From NCBI RefSeq assembly GCF_009914755.1, contig NC_060948.1: 64,000 bases of DNA; one strand, 5' to 3'. The notes under the pieces are model-generated. The model saw only the letters and a list, made by a program, of their open reading frames with translations. It did no database searches and was not told the DNA's origin. This DNA is from the human T2T-CHM13v2.0 reference genome, Homo sapiens. The translations under genes were made by a program, and so were the position numbers. Of the stretch, positions 1 to 16,612 are shown in pieces; within the stretch, counting starts at the first letter, position 1; the number at the start of each line of letters is the position of its first letter.

Positions 1-726
1 AAGTCTAACCAAGATCTCCAAAAGGCATCTGAAAAATGTTTTTATGTGTGGAAACTGTTCATTTCTCCGTGGTTGCATAACTCAAAAATAGATGAGGACA
101 TTTCTGAAACTTTCCCAGAAAAATCCCTCTTGGGCTAAAACTAACATTCGCTGGAGAGAAGCAAATAGGAAAGCACAAAATAAGGAAAGAAAGGCCTTCA
201 GTGTAAAATGATCATTTTCCTTTTAAGAATTGTCTGCTTATCATGACATGAAAATCATATTTCCGGTAGCTTTTAGAAATCCATGTGGGTGATGCTGATA
301 CTTAGAACTGTTCCAGTCATTCTCTAAGCTGAGACTCAGTGAATCCTCAATTGGAATCTCCTTTGTAAAGAACCCACACTCCTATTTTTGGCAACAAACT
401 GGGATCTTTTGTGTTTATTTGTCTTAAATCAGCTTTTACTAAAGAGAGCTACGCCAGCCCCTAAATTACCAAAAGAATAATAGTTTCACGCTATGATGCC
501 TTTCTCGCCCCCGTTTTGTCCTGACGAATGAGAATTGCTGCCTCTTTTGAACGTTCAGCTGTCTGGCGTGAGGGGACTTTCCTTTAGCTTCGGAAGAGTC
601 AGTCTTGGCAGTTTTTGGTAATCAGAAACCAAGAATAAGAATTTGAATGCAGGGAAAACTGTGACACAGGAAATATGTTCATCTGTTACCTATATTTTAA
701 AAGTTGAAAAATGAAGTGCTTTGGAC

Positions 727-2006
727 TCTCTCTATATATAGATAGATATATAATATCTATATATATCTATAGATATATATAGATATTATATGTATAGATA
801 TTATCTATATAGATATATATAGATATTATCTATATATATCTATATATCTATAATATATATCTATATATATCTATATATCTATAATATATATCTATATATA
901 TCTATATATCTATAATATATATCTATATATCTATAATATATATCTATATATCTATAATATATATCTATAATATATATATCTATACATCTATTATATATCT
1001 ATATCTATATATCTATGATATATATCTATATATCTATATATCTATGATATATATCTATATATCTATGATATATATCTATATATCTATGATAAATATCTAT
1101 ATATCTATGATATATATTTATATATCTATAATATATATCTATATATCTATATATCTATAACATATATCTATATATCTATAATATATATCTATATATCTAT
1201 AATATATATCTATATATCTATATATCTATAATATATATCTATATATCTATATATCTATAATATATATCTATATATCTATATATCTATAATATATATCTAT
1301 ATATCTATATATCTATAATATATATCTATATATCTATATATCTATAATATATATATATCTGTATATCTATAATATATATCTATATATCTATAATATATAT
1401 CTATATATCTGTAATATATATCTATATATCTATATATCTATAATATATATCTATATATCTAAATATCTGTAATATATATCTATATATCTGTAATATATAT
1501 CTATATATCTATATATCTGTAATATATATCTATATATCTATATATCTGTAATATATATCTATATATCTATATATCTGTAATATATATCTATATATCTGTA
1601 ATATATATCTATATGTCTATATATTATATATCTATATAGATATATAATATCTTTATCGACATATCGATATATATCGACATATTGATATATATCGACATAT
1701 CGATATATATCGACATATAGATATATATATTTATATAGATATATCTATATATAGATAGAGATATATAGATGATATATAGATATATAGATATATTGATATA
1801 TAGATATATATAGATATATTGATATATAGATATATATAGATATATAGATATATAGAGAGATATAGATATATAGAGATATATAGATAGACATATATAGATA
1901 TATAGATATATATCTATATAGAGATATATAGATATTATCTATATATCTCTCTCTATCTATATATCTATGTGTAATATATATCTATATAGATATATAATAT
2001 CTTTCC

Positions 2007-2062
<56 letters not shown>

Positions 2063-2063
2063 C
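727..2063. repeat. AT-rich (TA/TATATC/GATATA)n low-complexity tract
   Basis: About 1.3 kb of atatatct/agatatat units; TATC-rich left part and GATA-rich right part. Confidence 0.95.
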
Positions 2064-2713
2064 TCAAAGAGGCAAAATGGTAGTTATTTTTTTTCCTGTC
2101 AAGCTGCTGCTTCTGTAGAATTATAAGCCATTCTAAGGAAACTAGGAGAATTTTTAAAATCATCATAATAAACGGACCTGGTGTCTCTTTGGAACTTAGA
2201 ACTCTGACACTGAGTAACAAATTGAGCCGTTGGGACGTTTGTATTTGGTTTCAGTTTTGCTGATGATATCACCGGAATCCGTTTCATACTTAAAAAATTA
2301 TGCAGGGTTACTGGTGTTCAAGTTTGATTAGATCATGTAAGAATGAGAAAAACAGGCAGTCATTTCTGGCAAGGTATAGGATTTCCTGCTTGCATCCACA
2401 TTTACCCCAATTCTTTCCTTGTGGGATGAAGTTTTTATCTGTCTCTCCATGTGTCTCTTTTCTGTTTTTTCCCCCCAATTCTACTATATGGAAATCTTTC
2501 TCGCTGGTTTCTAGATGCCTTATGCTTTTCCAAGTAATTTTATATTTTGGAAAGGTGAGGTTAGAAATGGCAGGCCCATCTCACAGCTGAAAAATTCGCC
2601 ATCTGGATTTGTCTTTTCTTTACGCAGGTCCAACACGAGTATCTCTCTGAAATGTTTTTACTATGATTCAACATGAGTTTTACAGATTTAAACCACTCCC
2701 AAGAGTCTATTCA

Positions 2714-3008
2714 TTTTTTTTTGTTTTTTTGAGACAGAGTCTGACTCTTGTGGCCCAGGCTGGAGTGCAGCGGGGGTTATATTGGCTCACTGCAACCTCC
2801 TGGGTTCAAGCGATTCTCCTGCCTCAGCCTCCCGAGTAGCTGGGATTACAAGTGTAAGCCACCACACCCGGCTAATTTTTGTATTTTTAGTAGAGATGGG
2901 GTTTCACCATGTTGGCCAGGCTGGTCTTGAACTCCTGACCTCAAGTGATTGACCTGCCTCAGCTTCCCAAAGTGCTGGGATTACAGGTGTGACCCACCAT
3001 GCCCGACC
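2714..3008 (-). mobile_element. Alu (AluS-like)
   Basis: Poly-T, then gagacagagtct...ccaggctggagtgcag...ctcctgacctcaagtgat...gctgggattacagg. Confidence 0.95.
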
Positions 3009-3313
3009 CATTCATTCATTCATTCACTCATTCACAAGCTCACTCCATTCATTCATTCATTCATTCACTCACAAGCTCATTCATTCATTCATAAGCTCAC
3101 TCATTCATTCACTCACAAGCTCATTCATTCATTCACAAGCTCACTCATTCATTCATTCATTCACTCAAAGCTCACTCATTCATTCACAAGCTCACTCATT
3201 CATTCACAAGCTCACTCATTCGTTCATTCACAAGCTCACTCCATTCATTCATTCACTCACAAGCTCACTCACTCATTCATTCATTTATTCAGAAGCTCAC
3301 TCATTCATTCATT
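3009..3313. repeat. (CATT)n-derived minisatellite punctuated by cacaagctcact
   Basis: Repeated cattcattcacaagctcact units. Confidence 0.9.
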
Positions 3314-3568
3314 CGAGACCAGCCTGGCCAACATGGTGAAACCCTGTCTCTACTAAAAATACAAAAATTAGCCGGATGTGGTGGCTCACGCCTGTCATCT
3401 GAACACATGTGTCAGCCACTGCGCCCGGCCAACTTTTATATTTTTTTTAGTAGAGATGGGGTTTCACCATGTTGGTCAGGCTGATCTCGAACTCCTGACC
3501 TCAAAAGATCCACCCGCCTCGGCCTCTCAAAGTGCTGGGATGACAGGTGTGAGCCACCGCACCCAGTC
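3312..3568. mobile_element. Two Alu fragments in opposite orientation (+ 3312-3400, - 3410-3568)
   Basis: ttcgagaccagcctggccaacatgg... followed by its reverse complement tttagtagagatggggtttcaccatg... Confidence 0.9.
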
Positions 3569-4109
3569 CAAAGCACTCGAGTTTAATCCAGAGGTAACAC
3601 AGCAAGACTTGGGGGTCTTCCAGGCTTGGAGGTCTTCCATCCAGCCTCCAGGAATGCTTTCTCCATGGAGGTGCCCCATGAAGTTGGTAATTCAAGGCCA
3701 GGCTCATGGTGGATATCAGGAAACCTGGAAGAAAGGTCAGCGCCCACGGTGGGTTGGAAGGTCCAATCCGTGCAACTTCAGACAAAAGCTTGGAACGAAG
3801 CTGGTTCACCATGGCTGGCTGAATGCTTTGGTTGGATGGAGCAGACAGAAATCTACAGTTTTTCATCTGACTTTTGCTCCTGGGGCCTCAGGAGGGGCAG
3901 AAACAGATATGAAGCAGTTTCTACCAGGGCAACAACATCTCCGCAGAAGTTTTCTTTCTTAATCCTGTTTCCAGAGTAAGGGGGAAAAAAGGTACCCGGG
4001 GGTGGGAACACAGAGCCTGGGACCTGCATGGTTTTACCTTGGCACCTGCTCAGGGCCCTACGTCCTGTGGGCTGGCTCATAATTACTTTCTCATTAAGAA
4101 AGCAATCCA

Positions 4110-4521
<412 letters not shown>

Positions 4522-5463
4522 TTATTCTACTTGTCCTACACCCAGGGTGACTTAAAAACAGCGTTTGCCTCCAAAATGCTACCATACGTCTTCCTGAAAC
4601 ATTCCACATTTCCCCAAACCTTTGCAAGCAGCTGGGTTAAAACCGTAGGGCACAAATGCATTCCTTCGAGGAGAACTTGGCACAGCTAATCAGGAATGAG
4701 AAGGTGTCCCTTAAAAAATAACACATTTCCCCCTTTAAGATGCTTCAAGGGGCTCCCCCGGCCCTCCAGGCATGTCTGTAATTTCCCACAATTTTGCTTT
4801 ACGTCTCAATATGCTTGAATTGGATTAAGGAAAATAATCAATGTTCTCAATACGGTATTTACTTGTAATATTTTCCTTGCGCCCTAAGTTAGTTTCCCCG
4901 AGATGAAAGATGATTTTAAAAATTGCTATAGGTAATGATTTTTTATAGCTTAATTTAGATTATATTGAAAATTATGAAGGGGAGGGGAAAAAAAATCCAA
5001 CAACCCAGAATTGCCTCTACCTTATTAAACATCTCCACGTTTTTGCAATTTAAATACTACACTCAGCCGTATATTTTCTGTATTTCTATTTCCACAATAA
5101 GCATTAATAACATGGTAATATCTTTATTTCCATACTGTTTCCTTAATACACCACGGGGAGCTGGAAGCCATGTTCACTCAACAATTATTTCCATGAGAAA
5201 GAGCAGATTGTAGCAAAGGGCTCAAATTTCCTCTCGTGTGGTGGAAAACACTCCTCCCTGCCTGCTGCCTTAAGTGAACGAGTGAAAAACACTCATTGGT
5301 TTAAAAAATAAATAGCACAGCTCTGTTTGCTTACAAGCCCACCTGTCCAACTTTTCTCCAGCTTCTGGGGATGTTTGTCTCCACCCGCTGCTGGGATCCA
5401 GATGTATCAGCAAGCTACCTCTGACAGTCAGCAAATTAGAAACTCCTAACAGTTTCATGCCTA

Positions 5464-5776
<313 letters not shown>

Positions 5777-6036
5777 CTGAAACAGCGTCTCCTCCTAATG
5801 TCCATGCACTGGAATTCCAAGGGAACCACAGGGTGATCAGACGCCCTGAACTAAGCAAGACCTCCCCAGCGGCTTGGATCTCAAGCTCAGTGGCCCAGAT
5901 GGGGGCTTGGGTCAGTCTGAGGGAGGTACAACTACTGCCACTTAACAGAGAAGAGAGGCACCTGCTTTGGAGCTACTTCCCTGCAAGTAGGTAAAGCAAT
6001 GTTTACTCCATAGAACCCCATGATAAATGAAAACGA

Positions 6037-6384
6037 GGCCGGGAGCAGTGGCTCACGCCTGTAATCCCAGCACTTTGGGAGGCCAAGATGGATGGATCAC
6101 GAGGTCAAGAGATCGAGACCAGCCTGGCCAACATGGTGAAACCCTGTCTCTACTAAAAATATAAAAATTAGCTGGGCATGGTGGCAGGCGCCTGTAGTCT
6201 CAGCTACTCGGGAGGCTGAGGCAGGAGAATTGCTTGAACCTGGGAGGTGGAGGTGGCAGGAGAATTGCTTGAACCTGGGAGGCAGAGGTGGCTGTGAGCC
6301 GAGATCACGCCACTGCACTCCAGCCTGGTGTCAGAGCGAGACTGCACCTCAAAAACAAAAACAGAAAAAACAAAAAAAGAAAAA
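6037..6384 (+). mobile_element. Alu with internal duplication of ggcaggagaattgcttgaacctgggagg
   Basis: Alu consensus; TSD-like aaatgaaaa(c/t)gag on both sides. Confidence 0.95.
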
Positions 6385-6511
6385 TGAAAATGAGGTAGTC
6401 CCTTGCTAAGAAATCATTCAGGTTTTCAGCATGGCAATAACAGAACATGATGCTAAGGGCAAGACCAAAGAAGGCAAGGCTGCTGTTGTTATGCACATAT
6501 CCATGAACATG

Positions 6512-7455
<944 letters not shown>

Positions 7456-7539
7456 CTGTTACTGCGGCTCCTGGAGGAAATGTCATTCAGAACGAGGTTC
7501 TCAACCCTGGATGGGAGGAAGCTTTGGTGTTTAGTGTTT

Positions 7540-7972
7540 CTTTGTTTTGTGTTTGAGACGGGTTTTTCTCTGTCTCCCGGGCTGGAGTGCAGTGGCACAA
7601 TTATACTTTACTGCAGCCTCCACTTCCTATGCTCAAGGGATCCTTCCACCTCGGCCTCCGAAAGTGCTGGGATTACAGGTGTGAACCACCGTGCCTGGCT
7701 AATTTTCTAATTGTTTCGTAGAGGTGGGGTTTCACTATGTTGTCCCGTCTGGAGTGAAACTCCTGGGTTCAAGCATCCTCCTTCCTCACCCTCCCAAAAT
7801 GCTGGGATTACAGGTGTGAGTGACTTCACTGGGCTAATTTTCTCATTGTTTTGCAGAGATGGGGGTCTCACTATGTTGCCTAGGATGGGCTTATACTCCC
7901 GGGTTCAAGCAGTCCTCCTGCCTCAGCCTCCCAAAGTGCTGGGATTACAGACATGAGCCACCGGGGCTGGCA
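7540..7972 (-). mobile_element. Diverged AluJ/FLAM-like monomer cluster
   Basis: Three successive gctgggattacag monomer ends with J-type ctcctgggttcaagc. Confidence 0.85.
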
Positions 7973-8008
7973 AAGCTTTGAAACTAGAATGTGGAGGTCC
8001 AGTGGTAA

Positions 8009-8652
<644 letters not shown>

Positions 8653-8984
8653 TTACAGGGCAGAAGCTGGCAGGTGATTTTGGGGGCAGGAATTGCTTCC
8701 TGGATGCTGTAGGATGAACCCCACTCCCCAGGAAGGCACCCATCCTGGTGGACTAACAGAGGCAGCCCTCACCCCAAAAGGCAATGTTGTTCCACTCATT
8801 TTATGGGGTGACTCCTTCCTGTAGGTTCCTTCCAGCTTTGCCAGAAAAACACACAACATCTTTCCTGACAGGACATTGGTTTTGTTTTTGAACAGAGAGA
8901 TCCTTCATTTAAAAAGTTAGGTTTTTTTTTTTCTTTCTTTCTTTCTTTTGTCATGGAATCAACCTAGATCCTAAGCCTAGCAGG

Positions 8985-9295
8985 TTATTATTATTTTTTT
9001 ATTATTATTTTTTGAGATGGAGTCCCACTCTGTGGCCCAGGCTGGAGGGCAGTGGCGCGATCTCGGCTCACTGCAACGTCCGCCTCCTGGGTTCAAGAGA
9101 TTCTCCTGCCTCAACCTGCAGAGGAGCCGGGATTAGAGGCACACGCCACCATGCCCAGCTAATTTTTGTACTTTTAGTAGACATAGGGTCTTGCCATGTT
9201 GGCCAGACTGATCTCAAACTCCTGACCTCAGGTGATCTGCTCACCTTGGCCTCCAAAATTGCTGAGAATACAGGTGTGAGCCACCACACCCAGAC
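8985..9295 (-). mobile_element. Alu (AluS-like)
   Basis: Reverse-complement Alu consensus. Confidence 0.95.
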
Positions 9296-9342
9296 ACAGT
9301 TTATTTTTGCTGATTTTCTCCCTCCTCCCACCGTCCACACTC

Positions 9343-10200
9343 AAAGAAAATGTGGTACATCTACACCATGGAATACTACGCAACCCTGAAAAGAAACAAA
9401 ATCATGGGTTTTTTTTGCAGCAACATGGATGTAGCTGGAGGCCATTATCTTTTTAAAATTATTTTTATTATTTTTTATTTTTTCTATTCTACTTTAAGTT
9501 CTGGGGTATATGTGCAGAATGTGCAGGGTTGTTACATAGGTATACATGTGCCATAGTGATTTGCTGCACCCATCAACCCATCATCTACATTAGGTGTTTC
9601 TCATAATGCTCTCCCTCCCCCCCCAGTCCCCCACCCCTGCAACAGGCCCCAGTGTATGATGTTCCCCTCTCCGGGTCCATGTGTTCTCATTGTTCAACTC
9701 TCACTTATGAGTGAGAACATGTGGTGTTTGGTTTTCTGTTCCTGTGTGAATTTGCTGAGAATGATGGTTTCCAGCTTCATCCATGTCCCCCTGCAAAGGA
9801 CATGAACTCATCCTTTTTCATGGCTGCATAGTATTCCAAGGTGTCTATGTGCTACATTTTCTTTATCCAGTCTATCACTGATGAGCATTTGGGTTGGTTC
9901 CGTGTCTTTGCTATTGTGAACAGTGTGGAGGCCATTATCTTAAGTAAATTCACAGAATGCTGCACATTCTCACTTATAAGTGGGAGCTAAATGTTGTGTA
10001 TACGTAGATGCAGAGAAGGGAACAGATACTGAGGTCTAGTTAGGGGGAGAGAGGAAGGTAGAAGCACAAGAGTTGAAAAAACCAACTGCAGGGTGTTATG
10101 CTCACTACCTGGGTGATGGGATCACTCATACCCCAGACCTCTACATCACACATGGTACCCATGTAATAAACCTGTACATGTACCTCCCGAATCTAAACTG
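9343..10200 (+). mobile_element. Older L1 (L1PB/L1MA-like) 3' fragment, split by a younger L1PA
   Basis: gaaaatgtggtacatctacaccatggaatactac...cattctcacttataagtgggagctaa...ctacctgggtgatggg. Confidence 0.9.
9452..9925 (-). mobile_element. L1PA 3' end nested in older L1
   Basis: tactttaagttctggggtatatgtgcagaatgtgcagg...; 16-bp TSD tggaggccattatctt at about 9436 and 9926. Confidence 0.95.
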
Positions 10201-10293
10201 CTCCAACATTTGCCCCAGCAATTCCAAGACTGGTCATCTACCCAAAGGAAAAGAAGTCATTCTACCAAAAAGACAAATGCATGGTAAAGTTCC

Positions 10294-10575
<282 letters not shown>

Positions 10576-10650
10576 TGTAAGGTTCATCACAGCACGACTC
10601 ACAATAGGAAAGTCATGGAATCGACCTAGTTGTCCATCAGTAGGGGATCA

Positions 10651-11441
10651 GATAAAGCAAATGTGGTTCTTCTACACCATGGAATACTACACAGCCACGA
10701 AAAAGAATAAAATCATGTCCTTTGCAGCCACGTGGTTGTAGCTGAAGGGCATTATGCTTAATGAATTAACCCAAGAACAGAAAACTCAAATACCACACGT
10801 TCTCAACTGGATAAAGCAATTGTGGCCCTTCTGCATCATGGAATACTACACAGCCATGAAAAAGAATAAAATCATGTCTTTGCAGCCACATGGATGCAGC
10901 TGAAGGGCATTATGCTTAGTGAATTAATGCCAGGAACAGAAAATCGAATACTACATGTTCTCAACTAGATAAAGCAAATGTGGCCCTTCTACAGCATGGA
11001 ATACTACAGAGTCATGAAAAAGAATAAAATCATGTCTTTGCAGGCACATGGATGCAGCTGAAGGGCATTATGCTTAGTGAATTAATGCCAGAAACAGAAA
11101 ATGAATACTACATGTTCTCAACTAGATAAAGCAAATGTGGTCCTTCTGCATCATGCATCATGGAATACTACACAGCCATGAAAAAGAATAAAATCATGTC
11201 TTTGCAGCCTCATGGATGCAGCTGAAGGGCATTATGCTTAGTGAATTAATGCCAGAAACAGAAAATCAAATACCACATGTTCTCAATTAGATAAAGCAAA
11301 TGGGGTCCTTCTGCATCATGGAATACTACACAGCAATGAAAAACAATAAAATCATGCCCTTTGTATTCACATGGATGAAGCTGAAGGGCACTATGCTTAG
11401 TGAATTAATGCCAGTAACAGAAAATCAAATACCACATGTTC
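10651..11441 (+). repeat. Tandem array of 5 x ~158-bp L1-derived units
   Basis: gataaagcaa starts at 10651, 10810, 10968, 11125 and 11290. Confidence 0.92.
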
Positions 11442-11674
11442 TTGCTTATAGGTGGGAGCTAAACGTTGCCTGCGCCTGGACACAATGAAGGGACACCACA
11501 GACCCTCAGGACTAATAGAGCAGGAAGCAGGGGCAGGGGTACCAGCGTTGAAAAACTACCCTGAGGTTCTTGGAATGTCAGGCAGAAGGCAGCGACTGGA
11601 GAGATCTTTGGGTCACGGATTTTTCTGTTGCATTTTCTTGCCTGTTTGTTTGTTTTTTTCTGTCTCTCTCTCTC

Positions 11675-11676
11675 TT

Positions 11677-11715
<39 letters not shown>

Positions 11716-11996
11716 AGAAGGAGTCTAGCTCTGTCGCCCAGGCTGGAGTGCAGTGATGCAATCTCGGCTCCCTGCGACTTCCGCCTCCTGGATTCAAGCG
11801 ATTCTCCTGCCTCAGCCTCCTGAGTAGCTGGGACTACAGGCACCCGCCACCACACCTGGTTAATTTTTGTATTTTTAGCAGAGACGGGGTTTCACAAGGT
11901 TGGTCAGGCTGGTCTTGAACTCCTGACCTCAGGCGATCACCCTGCCTGGGCCTCCCAAAGTGCTGGGATTACAGGCCTGAGCCACCGCACCCGGCC
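11675..11996 (-). mobile_element. Alu with long poly-T
   Basis: Alu consensus. Confidence 0.95.
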
Positions 11997-12802
11997 TCTC
12001 TTCTTATGTATTTCTAGAACTCCTCTAGAATTTGGGGTTTGTTTTTCTTAATTACAAGGAACCAAGTTGAATCATTATTGCATGTATAAATATACATTTT
12101 ATATTTAATACATATTATATACCTCATGGATGTACAATGCTCAGTGCCTGGGTGATGGGATCATTCATACCCCAAACCTCAGCATCGTACAATATCCCCA
12201 GGTCACAAAGCTGCATGTGGATCTCCTGAATCTATAATAATAATAAATAAAAAGTGACTTTGTAATTCACAGGGAAACCCCCTCTGCCTCTCAGTCCCTT
12301 GGATTCCCAAAGTTTGTTTTCAACACCCCTAGGGGAAACTCAGAATCTCATTTTCAGAACGCGGGTTGTTTTTCTTAGAAGCGCTTTGCAAAACAAAATA
12401 GGAAGCAAAATCTTTCTCGCTCCTTCCGCTCCGTAATAGACAAAATAAAATGAGGGGGCAGGAATCCAAAGGCTTTGACCGCAGCTGGCAGATTTATTGT
12501 GGTACAGACCTGAAGGCAAGCAGTGTTCTCTTTGATTCTACGAACCGTACAGCCCCGGGCCGGCTGCCTTCTGCTTTCTGGATGGTGCAGGCATGAGCTC
12601 CAAGCCCAAATTTCACCGGAGCTCCAGGAATCGAGCCTGGCCCAGAGGACTCACAGCACGGGGGCCAAACATGAAACCAGTGAGCGCTCCAGCAAGGTAA
12701 CAGGACAGCTGGGTGATTCTTCTTGCCGGCTCCGCCAGATTACAGCCAGAATTCCACCGAATGTGGTCTTTCTGTGTCTCTCCCCAGACAGCGAAGCTGG
12801 AC

Positions 12803-13850
12803 AAACCTGGGGGGGTGGGGGTGGGGGGGTGCTGACTTCAGTGGGGTGTCCTGGAGAGGCAGGAACCAGGGTTTCCAGGGTGCAGATCCTGCTGAAGCAA
12901 ATGGACGTGGCATCCGCGGGCAGAGCTGGCTGTGGCGTCCCCCCTCTGCCTGCGGTGTCATCAAATGCACCCAGAGACCCCTCCTAAACCTGGAGGGTGT
13001 GCTGACCTCAGTGGGGTGTCCTGGAGAGGCAGGAACCAGGGTTTCCAGGATGCAGATCCTACTGAAGCAAATGGACGTGGCATCCGCGGGCAGAGCTGGC
13101 TGTGGCGTCCCCCCTCTGCCTGCGGTGTCACCAAATGCACCCAGACACCCCTTCTAAACCTGCAGGGTGTGCTGACCTCAGTGGGGTGTCCCGGAGAGGC
13201 AGGAACCAGGGTTTCCAGGATGCAGATCCTGCTGAAGCAAATGGACGTGGCATCCTTGGGCAGAGCTGGCTGTGGCGTCCCCCCTCTGCCTGCGGTGTCA
13301 CCAAATGCACCCAGAGACCCCTCCTAAACCTGGAGGGTGTGCTGACCTCAGTGGGGTGTCCTGGAGAGGCAGGAACCAGGGTTTCCAGGATGCAGATCCT
13401 GCTGAAGCAAATGGACGTGGCATCCTTGGGCAGAGCTGGCTGTGGCGTCCCCCCTCTGCCTGCGGTGTCACCAAATGCACCCAGACACCCCTTCTAAACC
13501 TGCAGGGTGTGCTGACCTCAGTGGGGTGTCCCGGAGAGGCAGGAACCAGGGTTTACAGGGTGCAGATCCTGCTGAAGCAAATGGACGTGGCATCCTCAGG
13601 CAGAGCTGGCTGTGGCGTCCCTCCTCTGCCTGCGGTGTCACCAAATGCACCCAGACACCCCTCCTAAACCTGCAGGGTGTGCTGACCTCAGTGGGGTGTC
13701 CCGGAGAGGCAGGAACCAGGGTTTCCAGGGTGCAGATCCTACTGAAGCAAAGGGGCGTGGCATCCTCGGGCAGGGCTGGCTGTGGCTGGCCCCCCCAGCC
13801 TGGACATCCCCCCCACTGCCTGGGGTGTCACCTAATGCACCCAGAGACCT
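12803..13850. repeat. GC-rich 170-bp VNTR, 6 copies
   Basis: gctgac(c/t)tcagtggggtgtcc at 12831, 13001, 13171, 13341, 13511 and 13681. Confidence 0.97.
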
Positions 13851-13954
13851 CTCGTCCAAAAGGCCATTCATGGGAAGCCTCCAGGTCTCCTCGGCAGGCA
13901 GCATCACGTCTGATTTATCTGTGTTATCAGGTAACGCAGGCCTGTTCTACCTGT

Positions 13955-15134
<1,180 letters not shown>

Positions 15135-16612
15135 GTGATTCTGGAGCAGGTGAGCTGATCACAAGCCTGAGTCAAGAATCCATGGAGATCATTTACAGCA
15201 GAAGCCGGGACCCTGTGCAAATCCTTCTGAAATATCCCCGATTGACTGAGCTCCTAGGGGTGGGGAAGAAAAATTCCCTGACATCTCGGCCTCAGGGAAA
15301 GAGACACCCCACTGGCAGGACGTCTCTGCTGTTTCTCAGAAGACAGCTGGGGTGTCACTCTCCCAAACGACGGTGATTTTCAGAACGGTTCACTTTGTGG
15401 AGAGACGTTTCTGCCCTGGAGATCCGTACATATTGAACCCAAATGAATATTTTTTAATTAAAAAAGTTTATATAAATATGCATTGTGTATACTTTATATT
15501 AATATATTGATATAAATAAATGTATTTTATTAATATAAACATATGATTTTTATAGTTTACATAAATAATAAAGTTACATATGGTGTATATGTAAAATATA
15601 CTTTTATTTGTAATACATAATTGTATAGATTAAATTTTATATACTAAGCAAAGTTACGTGTAATATATACATGCCATATAACATCATTTATATAATATAT
15701 AACTTTATGTAAATAAAATAAAATTGATCTTATATTAATACGTAATTATGTATATACACTATGTAAAAATAAAATTATATATTGTATATGCATAATTATA
15801 TTTCTATAAATACACGCTTATGTGTGTATTTATACGTGAATGCCTGTGTTTGTGTGAGTCCATCAGTGAGTGCGTGAATGTGTGTGTGAGCATGTGTGTC
15901 TGTGTGAGTGTAAGAGTGTTGTACCTTTATACACACCCATTTTGTTTTCTGGTTAATAACAAGGTCTATGTTTGATTTAGGATATGAAGAATTCTTATAA
16001 GCAACCCCACACACACAATTTGTATTTATTTTAAAATATTCTTAAAATATGGATTTTTTTTATTTTTGCACAAACAGACAAGACTGTTTTTTCTTTCCAA
16101 AACTTTTATTTCAAATTCTGACACCGAGGGGGAGAAAAAGAAGAAAACATTGTGTAACCTTATATGCATTAGACACATAAGTAATTACTAAATGCAATAC
16201 AGATTTCGACAACATGCTTTTAGGAAACAGGAGGAATTCAAACTCGTAGCCGCCTCAATGTTGAACTTTCTAATGTTTAATTTTTTTAATTAAAAATTAT
16301 TCGTTTGGGTTCAATATGTACGGATCTCCAGGGCAGAAACGTCTCTCTAAAAAGTGAACCGTTCTGAAAATCACCGTCGTTTGGGAGAGTGACACCCCAG
16401 CTGTCTTCTGAGAAACAGCAGAGACGTCCTGCCAGTGGGGTGTCTCTTTCCCTGAGGCCGAGATGTCAGGGAATTTTTCTTCCCCACCCCTAGGAGCTCA
16501 GTCAACCGGGGATATTTCAGAAGGATTTGCACAGGGCCCCGGCTTCTGCTGTAAATGATCTTCATGGATTCTTGGCTCAGGCTTGTGATCAGCTTACCTG
16601 CTGCAGAATCAC
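15135..16612. repeat. Inverted repeat with 331-bp arms (15135-15465 and 16282-16612)
   Basis: Arms are near reverse complements; the ORF track gives the same peptide PVQILLKYPRLTELLG...HSPKRR on + (15182) and - (16371). Confidence 0.97.

Noticed and set aside
15215-15231. gtgcaaatccttctgaa resembles the VNTR's gtgcagatcctgctgaa (both read VQILLK)
   Set aside because: A 15/17 match with no extension by eye; it cannot be distinguished from chance without an alignment.
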